Positions 13,101 to 26,974 of a stretch of 64,000 nt of DNA are shown piece by piece. This stretch comes from Fimbriosthenelais zetlandica (lineage: Eukaryota): positions 20,274,001-20,338,000 of the forward strand of contig OZ365112.1 in NCBI GenBank assembly GCA_977030845.1. The letters are read 5' to 3'. Position 1 is the first letter of the stretch, and the number at the start of each line of letters is the position of its first letter. The translations under genes were made by a program, and so were the position numbers. The notes beneath the pieces were generated by a model, which was not told the origin of the DNA, ran no database searches, and was given only the letters and a program-made list of their open reading frames with translations.

Positions 13101-16100
13101 GGCAGTATAGTAAGGAATGATGAGAGTGGCTCAGTCTCTGCCTTCTCCCTCCAGGATCTTGAGGATGGACGTATTATCTATGTCCATCATGACAACACGA
13201 CCAGTAGTGAGGATCATATTGTACTACAGGCGTCAGATGGCACGCATACCATCATAACCCTCCTCAATATACTCATTACACCAGAGGTCAGAACCATATT
13301 ATTACCTACCCATACTACCATTGGTAACCTTGTACATATAGAGGTAATTTGAGCTAGTATATGTTTTCCCACAGGACAGGAAGGAGCCAGTAGTTGTCAG
13401 GAATCAGCCGCTGTATGTTGATGATCAAGGTGAAACCCTGATCTCTTCAGACATTCTATTTGCTGTCCAGTCAGAAGCAGATCCTACAGACATTGTCTAT
13501 TCCTTACTGACTCCTCCCACCGGACTTCAGCAAAATGGTATGTCATGAAATCTCTTTCAGTTATGTCAAGATATATTCTATATTTACCAAAATACTGAGA
13601 TTTGTCAAACATGAAGCATGGGAATGGAACACTTTCAGGTAGTATATTGATGGTGGTTTCCATGACATCAGAAGAACCCCCAGAAGGCTGGAACATTCAC
13701 AGCAAGGGCAAAATGTCCGCCATTATGACACGCTTCCGGCAGAGTGACGTCATCCAGCAGCGTCTCTGGTACAAGCATGAGCAGAGTGGAACGACTTCTG
13801 ACCGTTTGTTCTTAAAGGTATATAAGTCAGGCGTCCATGGTTTGTCCTATTCAAAAATTGTGACTGTTTTGTGCCTATTTCTGTCAAATTGCAGAAGCTA
13901 AACCAAATTTTAAATGCAACTTTCAGGTGTGTGATGTGAGAGGAAGGCCTCAGTGTGCTGAAGACTTCAGTTTGAATGTTGAGGTTATTCCTCCACAAAA
14001 TGATGCCATCAGCAACCAGCCTGGCTTCATGCCTTCTCTTGTCTTTCTGCCTAACGAGAACAACAATAGACTGGGAACTATTGTGAGTGTTGCTCTCTTC
14101 TATATTTCTCGGTTCTATAGGATTTCTAACTTAAGTAGTCTAGGCCTAATGTTCTTAACTCAGAATGTCATCCTGGCTTAGTCCTATAGGCTCGGAACAC
14201 TGATTTCTGACTTCAATATATCAATAATATAACCATAATACTTCAATAATGTCAATAATATAACCATAATATGCACCTACAGGCCTTTGATAATGAAGTG
14301 AAGGTACTGAAGGCCACAGACCTGGGTATGTATATACCAGACACAGAGCCCGGGGATGTGGTGTACAGGGTCACCTCAGCCCTCAGTGCTGGTGAAGGTA
14401 CTATAGAACACGTCAACCAGCCTCGTGTACCTCTACATCTCTTCACCCTGGAGGACCTAGCCAGTGACCTCATACTCTACAGACCTCCTACTGGAGGTAT
14501 AGGACAGGACGAGCGGGAGGTGGTCTTCAAATTTGTAGGTAAGCATAAAATTGAATCAAATTTTGTCATTTTGAGAGAGTGGAATGTCATCAAATTTAAT
14601 AGTAAATGTTTTATGAACTGTCTTTATTCAATCATTCATGTCTTATTGTATGGCGGGATTTATGGAGTCAATGTCTTTGTTTTAAGTCGAGGATAGTGGG
14701 ACGGGCAGTGAGTTACCTGAGCAGTCCTTCCACATCACTGTTATCCCGGTAAAGACCAGTCCTCCTGTAGCATCTAACAGTAACCCCAGGCTGAGGGTGG
14801 CTCAGGCCAGCTCTGTGTCTATTGGACCTGGAGTGGTTCATATCACGGATCCTGACACACCCTCTGCTGACCTGGTCATCACGGTAGAGAAGATACCCAG
14901 GGCTGGTGTCTTCATGAAGATGGATGATGAAAACAAAGTGGTCCTTCAGGCAGGTAACTAACAGTTTGTTTAGCTCATTTTTATGTCGAGCTCTAGGATT
15001 ATATCATCCTTATGTCTTTCCTCCATACCAATACGTTGACATCTATTTATATTTGCATGGCATCAGGGAATCAGTTTGATTTTGGAGAACTGGAATCGGG
15101 ACATTTGTTCTACATGCATGATGGTTCGAACACTCTGTCAGATAGTTTCTACATCAGTGTGACTGATGGTCAACACTCAGTGGGTATACATATAGAGCTG
15201 GACGTGACCAGAGTGGACAGGTCAGCTCCCACACCAGACCCTGAAGCTGCCATGGGTATAACTCTACCCGAAGGTCAGTATACTACAAAATATACAACCA
15301 CAGAACACTGAACATTTTACAACAGTTATATTTTAAATACTTCAGTCCTCATGGTTTCATTACCCGTTGTTGGTTTTTGTTACAAAGGGACGACAGAGCA
15401 GATCACTAGGAGAAACATGGCCTTCAGGGATATAGATTCAGAAGATGATGAGCTGGTGATAGTTATGGTAACTGAAGCACGTGGTGGAGGTTTCATCATG
15501 GCAGGCACGTCTGCGGGAACTGGGATGATTGTCACAGGAAAAAGCTTCACGCAAAGAGACATAAACGATGGCTATGTGAGGTATCGCATTATGAAGCCCT
15601 TTATTGACTTTTATTGACCTTTATTGACAATTACTGCCATCAAGTTCTACATCGGTTTATCTTTGATCTCAGCTTTAAGGCCCAATCTGAAATTGGACCC
15701 CGCCCACGGACAGAGAACGTGTACGTCAACGTGACAGATAGTAACGGTAACATATTAGTTGCTCAGCAGTTTACAATAACTACAACACCTATCAACAACC
15801 AGGTGCCAGTAGTGACACTCACTGAATCACTGCAGGTTAGTCCAAACTAAGACGCTCAACTGATCACTGGTTAAGATAACAGTTACTTAGAATAACGATG
15901 ATACACGAATATATATGCATTCTTTATAGATTTTTAATGATTTCTGGGGAGCAGAATAGGATGTAATAATGTATTTCGTTCCCCTTATTTTATGAAGGTT
16001 GAAGAAGGTGGTCGGATACCCCTCACACTGACTGACATCAGTGTTACTGATGCCGACACATTGCCTGAGGACCTTCATATCACCATTGATACTCCACCCA

Positions 16101-19100
16101 AACATGGCACCTTTGAAAACGTTCGTCCAGGTAACAAATCAAACATATTGCACGTAATTTCATTACCATATATCCTCTCTTTATTTCTGTGTTTCTTATG
16201 ATTATTTTCTCTTTTTGAAGAGGAGGGATCTGAGGTTCTGCAGTCAGTGAAGGTGTTACAGTTTAATATGCTGGAGGTCATCAATGGTCACATCCACTAC
16301 GTGCAGACGGACCATCTCCACCATGAGCCATTGTTAGACCAGCTCACGTTACATGTGGATGACGGCCATAACTCCTCCCCAACATTTACCTTACTCATCA
16401 ACATTCAGGTGAACATTCATACTTTCTTTGTTTCTCATTTCAAAATGTCCACAAGATTCCTCTATTGTCTTGTTCACTTTAACCTGCCGGTATAAATGTC
16501 AGGTCTTACGTGTATCTCCTTACCAAGTTTTTCATCTCTTCCAGCCTAGGAATGATGAGATCCCGTCCATCAGAGTTGAGGTAGCCACCTGTGAAGAGGG
16601 AAGGAGTTTGGACATCACTAATGAAACATTGTCAGTCAGTGATGTGGACACCCCACCCCAAAATATCATCTTCACACTAGAGAACATACCCAAACAAGGT
16701 CAGTATCTTACAATACATGTACGCTACTCTGACCAATGCATCAATATCTTCTTGACCATTTAGGTGACCTTTTTTAATCACCCATTCCATATTATCCAGG
16801 TTCTCTTCGCATGAAGGCAGCGACCAATGAGATTCCTTTTTCAGCAAGGAAGCTCTATGCAGGCGACACCTTCACCTTCTCTGTAAGTTAACTATGCTTT
16901 CCTCTTGTAGCTTCTCACTTGACTATCCAGCAGTTCTATGAACTAACCCTGAAGCCCCGGCCCTCTGCCTCATATTTCAGGACATACTTGGTGGTCTGAT
17001 GGTCTATACTCCCAGCAGCTCATCAGAAGATGTCGTCACTGACCAGATCTCACTGAGCGCAACTGATGGCGAGTTTACTGACTCTGCTAACTATGTGATC
17101 AAGATCACTCCTCGAGACGATGAGACTCCTAGAGTGGTTATTAACAGAGGGCTGAGGGTACCACCTGGTAAGCTCCAATATCTAATCAAATTTAAGCTGT
17201 TTTCAAATCATGTCAGTGAAGACTATCACTTGGTAACTGTGAACTTTCTTGTCTCAGGGTCGGGGACAGTGCTATCGTCATTTGACCTGCAAGCTAGTGA
17301 TCTGGATTCAGACGATTCCCTCCTGATGTACACTTTAACCCATGGTCCCACTCTGGGCACGTGGTTACTCACTCTCCCAGCGGAGGGTCCTACAGGCCCA
17401 GACCATTTCCTGCTTCAGGATGATCCAGCCAAATCAGAACAAACAAATGAAAACCTCGAGACAAAATCTAATGAAAGACATCGAAGACAATCTGAGAATA
17501 GTTACCCATCCGAATGGGTTGAAATGCCTTCATCTCATTCAAGGAAGGGGACCCGATTAACAGGGCACATATCAAGAGGAGATGTAAAAGGCTTTCAGAG
17601 AGTGAGAGCTGAGCTTTTATGGGAAGATTCAGACACATTACATTTGGAAGGAGCCCCAGTTAATACATTTGTGGACAGGGCTGATGTACCTGGTCATTCA
17701 AGACATGAGTCACAGCATAGAGAGGGGTACTATCAGGGTAGGGAGGGCGTTCTTGCTGCTAATCAGGCTACTCCTGTATATACCACTCATAACCCTCTGA
17801 AAATTGGGGAGGTTCACCCCTCTGATCTCCCTACCAGGGGGTTTATAGGTAATAATGGCAATGTTAGACCCACAAATGGACAGTTACCACCTCCAGGGAT
17901 AGGTGAGGGTGGGGAGGGACAAGGAGGACCAGGAAAAGTCACGACCATTGCCGTTTCTGCGGATGGACTGGTGCATGGCTTTCGCCAAAAAGATATAAAT
18001 GAAGGTAAATAATTAACAGTACTGTCAAGCAATGATTTCATAGCTTATTTCATTATTTTTGTTAGTTTCCATGGCTTTATCCTTGCTTAATGCAGAACCA
18101 TCTATTGCAGGTCGAGTCCAGTTTGTCCATTCTCCAGGCGAGCCATCAGGAGTATCTCGGACTATGTTCTCTGTGTCTGATCCAGAAGGCAATGTGCTCC
18201 TTGACCAAACCTTCATAGTAAACATAGTCGGTAGGAGAAATATTCTTATTGGTCACAATTCCTTTTAAAAGGCTAAACAAATTCAGAAAATGTTTTTTTG
18301 CCTTTCTATTTAAAGCGAAATGTGTCACTATACGTTCTAGATGACCGTATCCCACCAAAGTTGATAAACAACCAGGAGCTTGTGGTGCAGGAAGGCTCTG
18401 AAGTTCACATTACAACTGATGTCCTCTCAGCTACTGATGGCCAAATTGAACATGAATCAATCCGCTTTGCAATACTCCAGCCACCCAATCAGGGTCATCT
18501 GGCCATGACCACCCAGAGAGGTATAAAGAGCAGGCTCTATGTAATTACTTACCACTCTTAAAGCTAACCATGAAAATTGATTTCATTATAACCATTCTAT
18601 GTGCATTATACATGATTGCAGATGTCCCAATCGCGGAGTTCCTGCAGTCAGATCTCGCTGCCAACCGTGTAATCTACGTTCATACATCTAATCAGGAAGC
18701 CAGCACAGACCAATTTACCTTCTCTGTGTCGGATGGTCCAAACCAGGTATATTTCATTTGGAATACCTTGGCCTATTTAGCTTTGGTCACTTTCTGCATG
18801 GCAGAGAGACATGGAAATGTCATGTTACGGTACTTGAGAATATCTCAATTCATTGCAGGTTGTGAGGCAGTTTTATGTGAAGATTAATCCTGTAGATAAT
18901 AAACTACCAACAGTATTCAACAGGGGTTTGAGTGTTAACGTTGGTGAAGATGCAGTCATCACGGCATTTGATCTCGACATCACAGATCCTGATACCAAGG
19001 TATTGAGTATTATTTATCTTAAATGTGTACACTTCCCATTTTTAGAGTATAGTATGGATCGATGTCAAGTGTTGACGTCAACTGTCAACCCATGAATTCA

Positions 19101-22100
19101 TTTGATTAATTATATTACTTAATCTGGCATTCAGGAGAATTCTTTGAGGGTTGAAGTGACCAGAGGACCAGAGCATGGTGAGTTGGTGATCCACCAGCGT
19201 GGTGACCAGCCGTCTGGTTCTATATTTACTATGGAGGACATCCACGAGGGCAGGGTCAGTTATGTCCATGATGGTTCAACTACCACTGAGGATAGCTTCC
19301 ACTTTATAGTCACAGATGGCAGCAACTCAAAGTTTATAGTGCAAGGAGTGGGAGAGACGGATGATGCTCAGGTCTGGAACTAAATAATGCAACCAATTAA
19401 TTCACATTCATGAATAATAAGATAACATGTCTTCTATTTTGAATGCGTATGAAATTAAGCTGGTTTTGTTATTTCAGACCTTCCATATCAACATACTTCA
19501 ATTAAATGGACATCCAAGACTTTTAGTTAACAACGGCCTGCGTTTCCTCACTTATGATGAACATCTGGTAAAGACTAGAACTTCCTCCATCTATTACTGT
19601 GACATCAGGTGTCCTTCGTCTTAATAGGACACAATTGTCTTTAATTGATAATACTTCCTTGAGCGTGGGCCTCGAACTTTAATTTACTTCTCAGTGACGA
19701 TATCCAATGACAGAATGTGCTCTTTGTCACCTTTGTAGGCTACTGGTACTATATCCAGTAAGGAGCTCTATGCTGAGGATGGGGACACATTGGTAGACCA
19801 TATCACTTACATCATCCGGGTCCAGCCAAGCCATGGGTACATCAGCTTCATTAACAGAACAACTCCTTTGCAAGAATTTACTCAAGGTCTGATAATATAA
19901 TCTACATTAATTTAACAATTGTATATCCCAAATACTATGACAGTCTGACAGTTCTTTGACATTCATTTGAGCATTTTCAATAGATATAGGTGATTTCTGT
20001 CTTTGGCATCTTAGATCTGAGATGTTCATCTTGATATTTTTCAGGAGATATATCTAATGGTTTCATACGTTATGTACTATCTGGAAATGTGTCTGCTCTA
20101 CAAGACCAGTTTACATTTGATGTTTTGGACAGTACAAAAGCTGTGCCCAATACCCTGAGTGGTTCTGTATTTCACATTCAATGGACACTCATCAAGTTTC
20201 AGCATGGCTTCTACAATACCTCTGAGACTTCAGGCATGGTATACATCCCTGTGAAGAGGATAGGTGCAATAAAACTGGTGTGTAGGCCTATAAGTTAAAA
20301 TGTGTTTAGATAATAGGGCCTATTTCTGGCATTTATTGGCATCATTTATCATTTATGGAATTCATTCTGATTTCAGTACTCTGTCGTACGATGTCAAACT
20401 ATCCCTGACACAGCAACTTCTGAAAAGGGTAATTCCAGGGCAGGAAGGACAGACTTCATATCGGTCTCAGGTCAGGTAAGAATCACTTCTTCAGGGTTTC
20501 AGAGTGACATGATTATGTTTTCTACATTTTACTGTCTCAATGCATTCTACTAGTTGTAATATTTTCTCCAGATTCAGTTCGAGGGATTTGAGGAGGTTAA
20601 GATGTGTAAAGTGGCCATCAATGATGACTCTGTGTTTGAAGGACCAGAGACATTCTATCTTCAGCTGAGTCATCCAGAGTTCTCATTACTGGGCCAGCCG
20701 TCACGTACTGCTGTCACAATCTATGACAGGGAAGATGGTTGGTTTTACTTTGCATTTCATAGGTAACAATTGTCAGATCATGGTCCATTGGACTTATATT
20801 CATGGTTGTTTCTCTTAATATGCCATAATTCTATCCATTTTACTTTCAGAACCTGAAATACAGTTTGAGTTTGGGGAGTTGACAGTGAATGAGAATATAG
20901 GGGTGGTTCGTGTACCCCTCATTAGGACTGGTGATATAGGTGTTATGGCTACTGTCACCTGTTACACCCAGCGAGGTACAGCTCAAGGTAGCAGTGTGGA
21001 GATGTTAGATTCAGGATCTGACTATCAGACCAGACCTCACCATCATAGTTCACGAGTCATGTTTGGTGTCGGTGCTATCCAGGCATTCTGTGATGTGCGG
21101 GTAAGACTCACTCATTTTCTCAGGGCTGCAGCCCGTTCCAAATATTCCAATGGAAATGTATCTGTCGTAATGCTTAAAATATATTTGTTTTATATGTAGA
21201 TTATTGATGATAGCCTGTATGAGGAGGAGGAGCGTTTTGAGCTGGTTCTCAGTGAACCTTCCATGATGACCAAGCTAGGAGAAAGGAAGAAAACTACAGT
21301 TACCATCACTGGACCGAATGACAGTCAGTTCTCAATTTGATCTACAAAAGATGGACCCCTCGTGAAATTTGTTATTGTATTTTATTAGACTAGCAATTTG
21401 ACTTTCTGCTAACATCATGTTTTTGTTTCATGATGATTTCAGTACCCAGCGTGCATCTGAGTGAGCCTGTGTATTATGTAGATGAAGCAGAAGGTGAAGC
21501 TGTAGTAACTGTAGTTAGGTCAGGTCCTGACCTCTCTCCTGTCATTGATCTCTGGTGTGGAGCTCGACCATCTACACCTATATCAGCTTTACCTGGTGAG
21601 GACTTCCTTCCCAGTCCTCAGCAAATCACCCTCCAACCAGGCCAAAAAACACAGGTAAAGTCAAAATCTTAACTTTACTAGCAAATACTCTATACTTAAT
21701 ATCCTGACTTGTTCATCCCGAAGATTGTTCAACTCTATTACTACCTTTTGACAGGCATGTACTATTGCTATTGTGGATGATGCCAGTGATATGAGGTTAG
21801 AAGGGAATGAAACATTAGAGGTATATCTATATGATGTTGTTGGAGCTGTCCTAGATGATCCTCCAGCATCCATTATCTTCATCAATGACACTAATGAAGA
21901 TGGTAAGTTGCTTGGAACATCCTCAAATTCTTTCCGCCTTTTCCACTTATCCAAAACTACTGAGATTGTATTCAGATTCGACATTATATGTCTTTAATTT
22001 ATAACAGTTGCAGTCGTGCAGTTTGAGAAGGAGTCGTACATATTTGATGAGAACACTGGTATCATCAATGTACCTATAGTCCGTACAGGAGACGTGTCTT

Positions 22101-25100
22101 ATGAGACCTCAGTGATCTGCTTCACCAGACAGAGGCGAGCCAGGGTGATGATGGACTATGTGGAGAGACCTTGGACTGATGCCTCAAGGATTCCCTTCCT
22201 CCCTGGCCAAAGGGTATGTATATTATGACAATTTTATCTTAGTTTATCCGCCAATGTATAGCCATGTTGATTTTAGCAGCTGAAACCTGAGATACATGTG
22301 TGATTATGGTTGTAGGCTGTCAACTGTACAATTGAGTTGGTGGATGATATAGAATTGGAAGCAGAAGAAGACTTTGTGCTGCGCCTGGCCGATCCAATAG
22401 GCTTTGAACAGTGTGGAGTTAGAATTGGACAGACTGACAGAACTACAATTACGATCAAAGATCATCAAGATGGCAAGTTTTTATCTTAATATCTTCCAGC
22501 GTTTCCCAAATTCCTTTCAACATAGGGTTTAGGGGATGGGCATATAATATTTCAATTGGTACCTCGCAAAAAAAAACTAATAAAAATTGATGTATCTAGT
22601 TCCGCAGATCGAGTTTGAGAAACCGACGTATGAGGTGTCTGAGCCTCCAGATGAGGAGAGTGTGACGAGCCTGGAGGTGGTGGTAGTCAGACATGGTGAC
22701 CAGCGACCCGTGGTGGAGGTCCGGTGTAGTACACGAGATGGTTCAGCTATAGCTGGCCTGGACTATGATGCCCATAGCCAAGTCATCACCTTCCTACCAG
22801 GTAAATTATGATATTAAGTTCAAGGTCACTTAGCCAATAATAGAAGGGTATAATATGATTCCACTAAAATATGTATTGGAAAAATCCGCAAGATATAGAA
22901 TCTGCAACAAAAATTTGTACCGGCCTGTATTATTTTGGTTTTATTTTGCTTGTTTGGCTAAATAAATCTGTCCTTTACAGGGGTGTCTAGGGTGACTTTT
23001 GAGGTAGAAATACTCCATAACCCAGGCAATGAATGGCAGGAGGCATTCACCGTCGTGCTCGGACCTGCCATGCCTTCTGGTGTTGTGCTAGGTGAACTAT
23101 CTGAGACAACGGTGGTCATCCTTGACAATGAGGCATCTGGTAGCTTAGTCTTCCCAGCACCTCCTATAGTATGTTTATCATTTCATATTTAAATCTTGGA
23201 TATAGCCATGTAGTGGAAACAGCAATAAATTATTATGACCCGAGGCCATAAGTAGTAATCTTTTCTTCCCTTTGCAGGTTATTTCTCTATTGGATTATGA
23301 TAATGTAGAATCTGGTGCAAAGGATCTGCTTTCACCGGGTTATCCTGTGGTTTGTGTCACTGTAAGTCATTAGCTTACCTACTTATCATCATTCTTAGCA
23401 CTGTCAATTATATATTAATGGGTAAAATGCCTATTCTGAAGAATAACATTATTTTTCCAGGCATGCGATCCCAAACACCCATCCTACGCCATTACCGGAC
23501 CTCTGTGTGAATCGTCTGGAATCAACCAGACAGCAGTGGTCTACCAATGGCAACTCTCCATCCCTTCCTCACTACCTGACCCTCTTGGTCTTCACACCTC
23601 TTTTAACACCATCAAGGGACACCTCCCCTTCACAAGATGTGATAGGAAACTACTTGAAAATATCTACTTCCGCCCGGGATATCAAATCAGATGTACAGCC
23701 CAGCCAGTGGATGAGAGTGGAAGGAAAGGTGCCCCATCTATAAGTGACTGTGTCACTATAGGCTCTGACAATGGCATGTGTCGCCTCCATGGCCATTCTC
23801 AGGGTGTGCATGGACAGACTTTTGTAGGTAATTTAGAGTACATGAAGCCAAGCAGTATACATCACCCCAATACTCTCCATGTTACCGTGAAGATACCTCA
23901 TCATGATGGCCTCCTGCCGTTAGTATCAACTCACCCCATACATAATCTCCAGTACCTCCTCACAGTGCCCAGCTATAGACAACAACATGCTTGCTCTAAC
24001 TTTGCACCCCTGCCTCATAGGAGAAAACCTGGCTTCATGCAGATTGTTCTAGAACCCGTGTATGGAAGGAGAGGACATAACCTGCCTTATCAATACAATG
24101 AGGACATCAGGGGAGCCAGTACAGTAGACTTCTACAAACATTTAGACCTCAGGTCCTGTGCTTGGACATTTGATGCTTATTTTGACATGTCAGAATTAGT
24201 TGATTTGTGCCATGCCCATGTCTTGACTGATTTTGAAGTGGTTGACAAGGGTCAGAGCCGTGTCACTGTTAGGATACCACTCTACGTGGCCTATGTCTAT
24301 AATGCTGGAGTTGGCCAGTGGTCTTCTGTCAATCATAGGACAGAGCTGGAGCTCTCAATCATGTATGACACAATGGTATGGAGAGCAGGGCTTGGTACAG
24401 GCCTGGACATCAGAGAGGAAGACCTCACTGGCCATTTACAGATGATCAAAGTCACTACTGATAAAAGAGGCTGCCTCGTCATGGAGTTCAAAACACGACC
24501 TAACTTTAGAGGTATATGCATCATATTCTTTACCAGTTTAGTACATCTTAGATAATAGATTTATTACAATCTTGTATATGACAGATCCACTGACTTTGCA
24601 CAAATTGTACTTTGCCATTGCTAATGCTTCCCTCCTGTTAGTTACCGGTATTTAAACATGCATGCCTCTAACTTCTAATTCCTCTACTTCACTAGGCCTC
24701 TACCTTATAAACCACCCTGTTCATCCTGACTGGACGGCTGTCATTCTTCCCCCTAACGCCCTTCCTATAACACTGAGGCTGCAGCATATGTGGGGCCAGC
24801 CTACCTTTGACTCCCCAGAACAGCACTGGAGGGCTACCAGTGATCTCTCCCTCCAGGATTACTCCGGAGATTACCACATACAGCTCATCCCATGTATTGT
24901 ACGTCCACTCGAGCAATACCCACAAAACGGGCAGGTCGCTACTGTCTGCACTCCCTATTCCCCTAAGAGGTACATAATCTTTCTGAGATGTTCCCCACAA
25001 CTTTTTAACCTGAGATCTGATAGGACTTATTCCAGGTATCCCTTGATTTTGATGGCAAAATGTTGATCTCAAAATCAAGGAAATAACATTAAATGAAAGC

Positions 25101-26717
25101 CTAAATCCTTCCGAAATTCAACAAACGCGAATTTTCACATATTGATGTCATTGATATAATTTGACACATTTTGTATTTGATTTTGCAGCTTTGATGTATC
25201 TCTGACATTCCAGCAGACGTTAAGACCTCTACCAGCCGTATATAACCTCGCTACTGATTTCCACATCACAAGTAACCTCAACGAGTTCCTCATGGATCCT
25301 GTACAGACGACCAACCTTGTTGGTTTTGATGGCGTTTTTAACAGAGGTTGTATTTAATTAATACAGACTTCATGATATATGAATATGTAATAACAATACT
25401 TGCACTAGTCGTGTATGGCCAGTTGATCAATATGTAACTGGAAGAAATGTTCTTTTTCAGGTGACAAATTATATGGTAGAGTTCTGTGGAGCCCTTCTCA
25501 AGATTTGAAGAATGCTTACCAACTTCAGATTGAGAAAGTATTTGCTTGTACAGGTGGGTCTGACATCTCATTTAAAAATAATTTGAAACTATTTTATTTG
25601 AAAAAATACTCATATTAATGTCATTGCTTATTTTTCCAGGTACAGACGGTTACGTGCCCACATACGACCCCACGGGGGAGACGTATGGAGCAGGTGGGCA
25701 ATATGGCTGTTTACATCCTAGTCGCAAACTATCACATCGTTACATGGTCCTGGTAAGACAGTGTCATTATTTAGTTTGAAACTCAATTCTATAGTAATTC
25801 TAAAGTCATGACTTTTGAATAAAAGTTCTGTAAAGAAGCCAACAAGTATTTTTTTCTGACAAAACAGGACAGAGGAGACCCAGCTTATGCCACAAAGTCA
25901 ATCGCTGGCCATAGATTTGATGCTCAGTTTGCCAGCGACAATGTTGAATACAGAGCCCTGTGGGATATCCCTGGTATAGATGGCTTCACAATGAATATTG
26001 AACCTCTGTTTAAGGTGGGGCATACTTAATATTGTCCTTTTTCGGAGAAACACTTTCTTGAAATTTAAAAATTACAAAAAGATTTGTTTTGACCAAAATG
26101 TTTATATCACTATGTTCCAGGTGAAATCTGGGAATATATGGTACCTACAAGTACTCTACATAATTCGACCTTCACAAGGGAGGAGGCTGAAGCGATCTCA
26201 ACCCAACACGCACAACAGTCCATCTGAGGACCCGTTAGACACTCAGGCCAATCTGACTCACTCACTCACTGCCAAATCTCAAACACATAACCAGCAAACA
26301 TTCAAAGGCAACGGAACAAATATTCTCATACTCAGGCTCAATCTCAACTCCCCAGAGGAGTTGGTTGATATTGATAATTTACATAACGCAGCAACTTCAG
26401 ATTCAGGATCCAAAACCTCACCTCCAACACATACCTCCAAGACGACAGTGACAGTCTTATCAATATTAGTTGTCCTCCTCTGTTTTGTATTTCTTGCCAG
26501 TTGTTTGTTGTACTGGAGACGTACAAGGAAGAAGAGAACGAGAGAAGGAGGGAGAGGTAGTGGTAGTAAATGTGTAGACCTCACGGTCAGTATTGCTAAT
26601 GACAGTGCCAAATGTGACAGTCCCACAGTGAAGACTTCTGTGATACAACAAGATAAAACAGGGCAAATACTGCCTCTGTCACCAAAACATAGACTACCTC
26701 GACCTGCAAGTGTATGA
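1177..26717 (+). CDS. FRAS1: Extracellular matrix protein FRAS1-like (6 VWC, 3 furin-like, 12 CSPG, 5 Calx-beta, C-terminal domain, TM, cytoplasmic tail); 5' incomplete
   Basis: Phase-compatible exons read by hand: 1177-1208, 3456-3563, 4350-4436, 4548-4707, 4938-5071, 9958-10041, 10165-10260, 10580-10637, 10747-10880, 11011-11097, 11350-11497 (VWC); 11644-11793, 11894-12034, 12181-12321 (furin-like); 12410-12688, 12798-13007, 13090-13286, 13375-13537, 13639-13817, 13927-14082, 14283-14538, 14687-14953, 15067-15273, 15388-15580, 15673-15835, 15998-16130, 16221-16408, 16545-16698, 16800-16882, 16981-17167, 17258-18004, 18111-18230, 18341-18520, 18622-18746, 18859-18999, 19135-19371, 19478-19567, 19739-19886, 20045-20277 (CSPG, e.g. 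VSYVHDGSTTTEDSFHFIVTDG); 20377-20475, 20572-20737, 20850-21100, 21200-21323, 21443-21654, 21755-21902, 22008-22213, 22316-22472, 22600-22800, 22981-23168 (Calx-beta); 23278-23361, 23461-24511, 24696-24969, 25189-25346, 25461-25553, 25640-25752, 25868-26014, 26121-26717 (C-terminal domain, TM VTVLSILVVLLCFVFLASCLLYW, stop TGA). The order VWC-furin-CSPG-Calx-beta-TM is characteristic of FRAS1 rather than FREM2. Confidence 0.95.
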
Positions 26718-26974
26718 AATGAAGATTATATAAACAAATAAGTTAAGATTAATTTACACTAAGTCTTATCCGAATTATAAAGTATTATATAATTGGACGC
26801 CTTTTTGTACATCTATTATGTATCATCTCATTAGTTTAGGATAAACATCATATAAACTTTTGTAGCTGAGATGCTAGAATATCCTAACATGGCCTGGACT
26901 AATTATGAAACGTATGGGGATGAATGCTCCCAGGCTAAGACATAATAATATTTCACTTTTTTTAGAATTGACCT

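Noticed and set aside
24692-26666. Minus-strand ORFs 24692-25078, 26279-26626 and 26466-26666
   Set aside because: Antisense shadows of FRAS1 coding exons.
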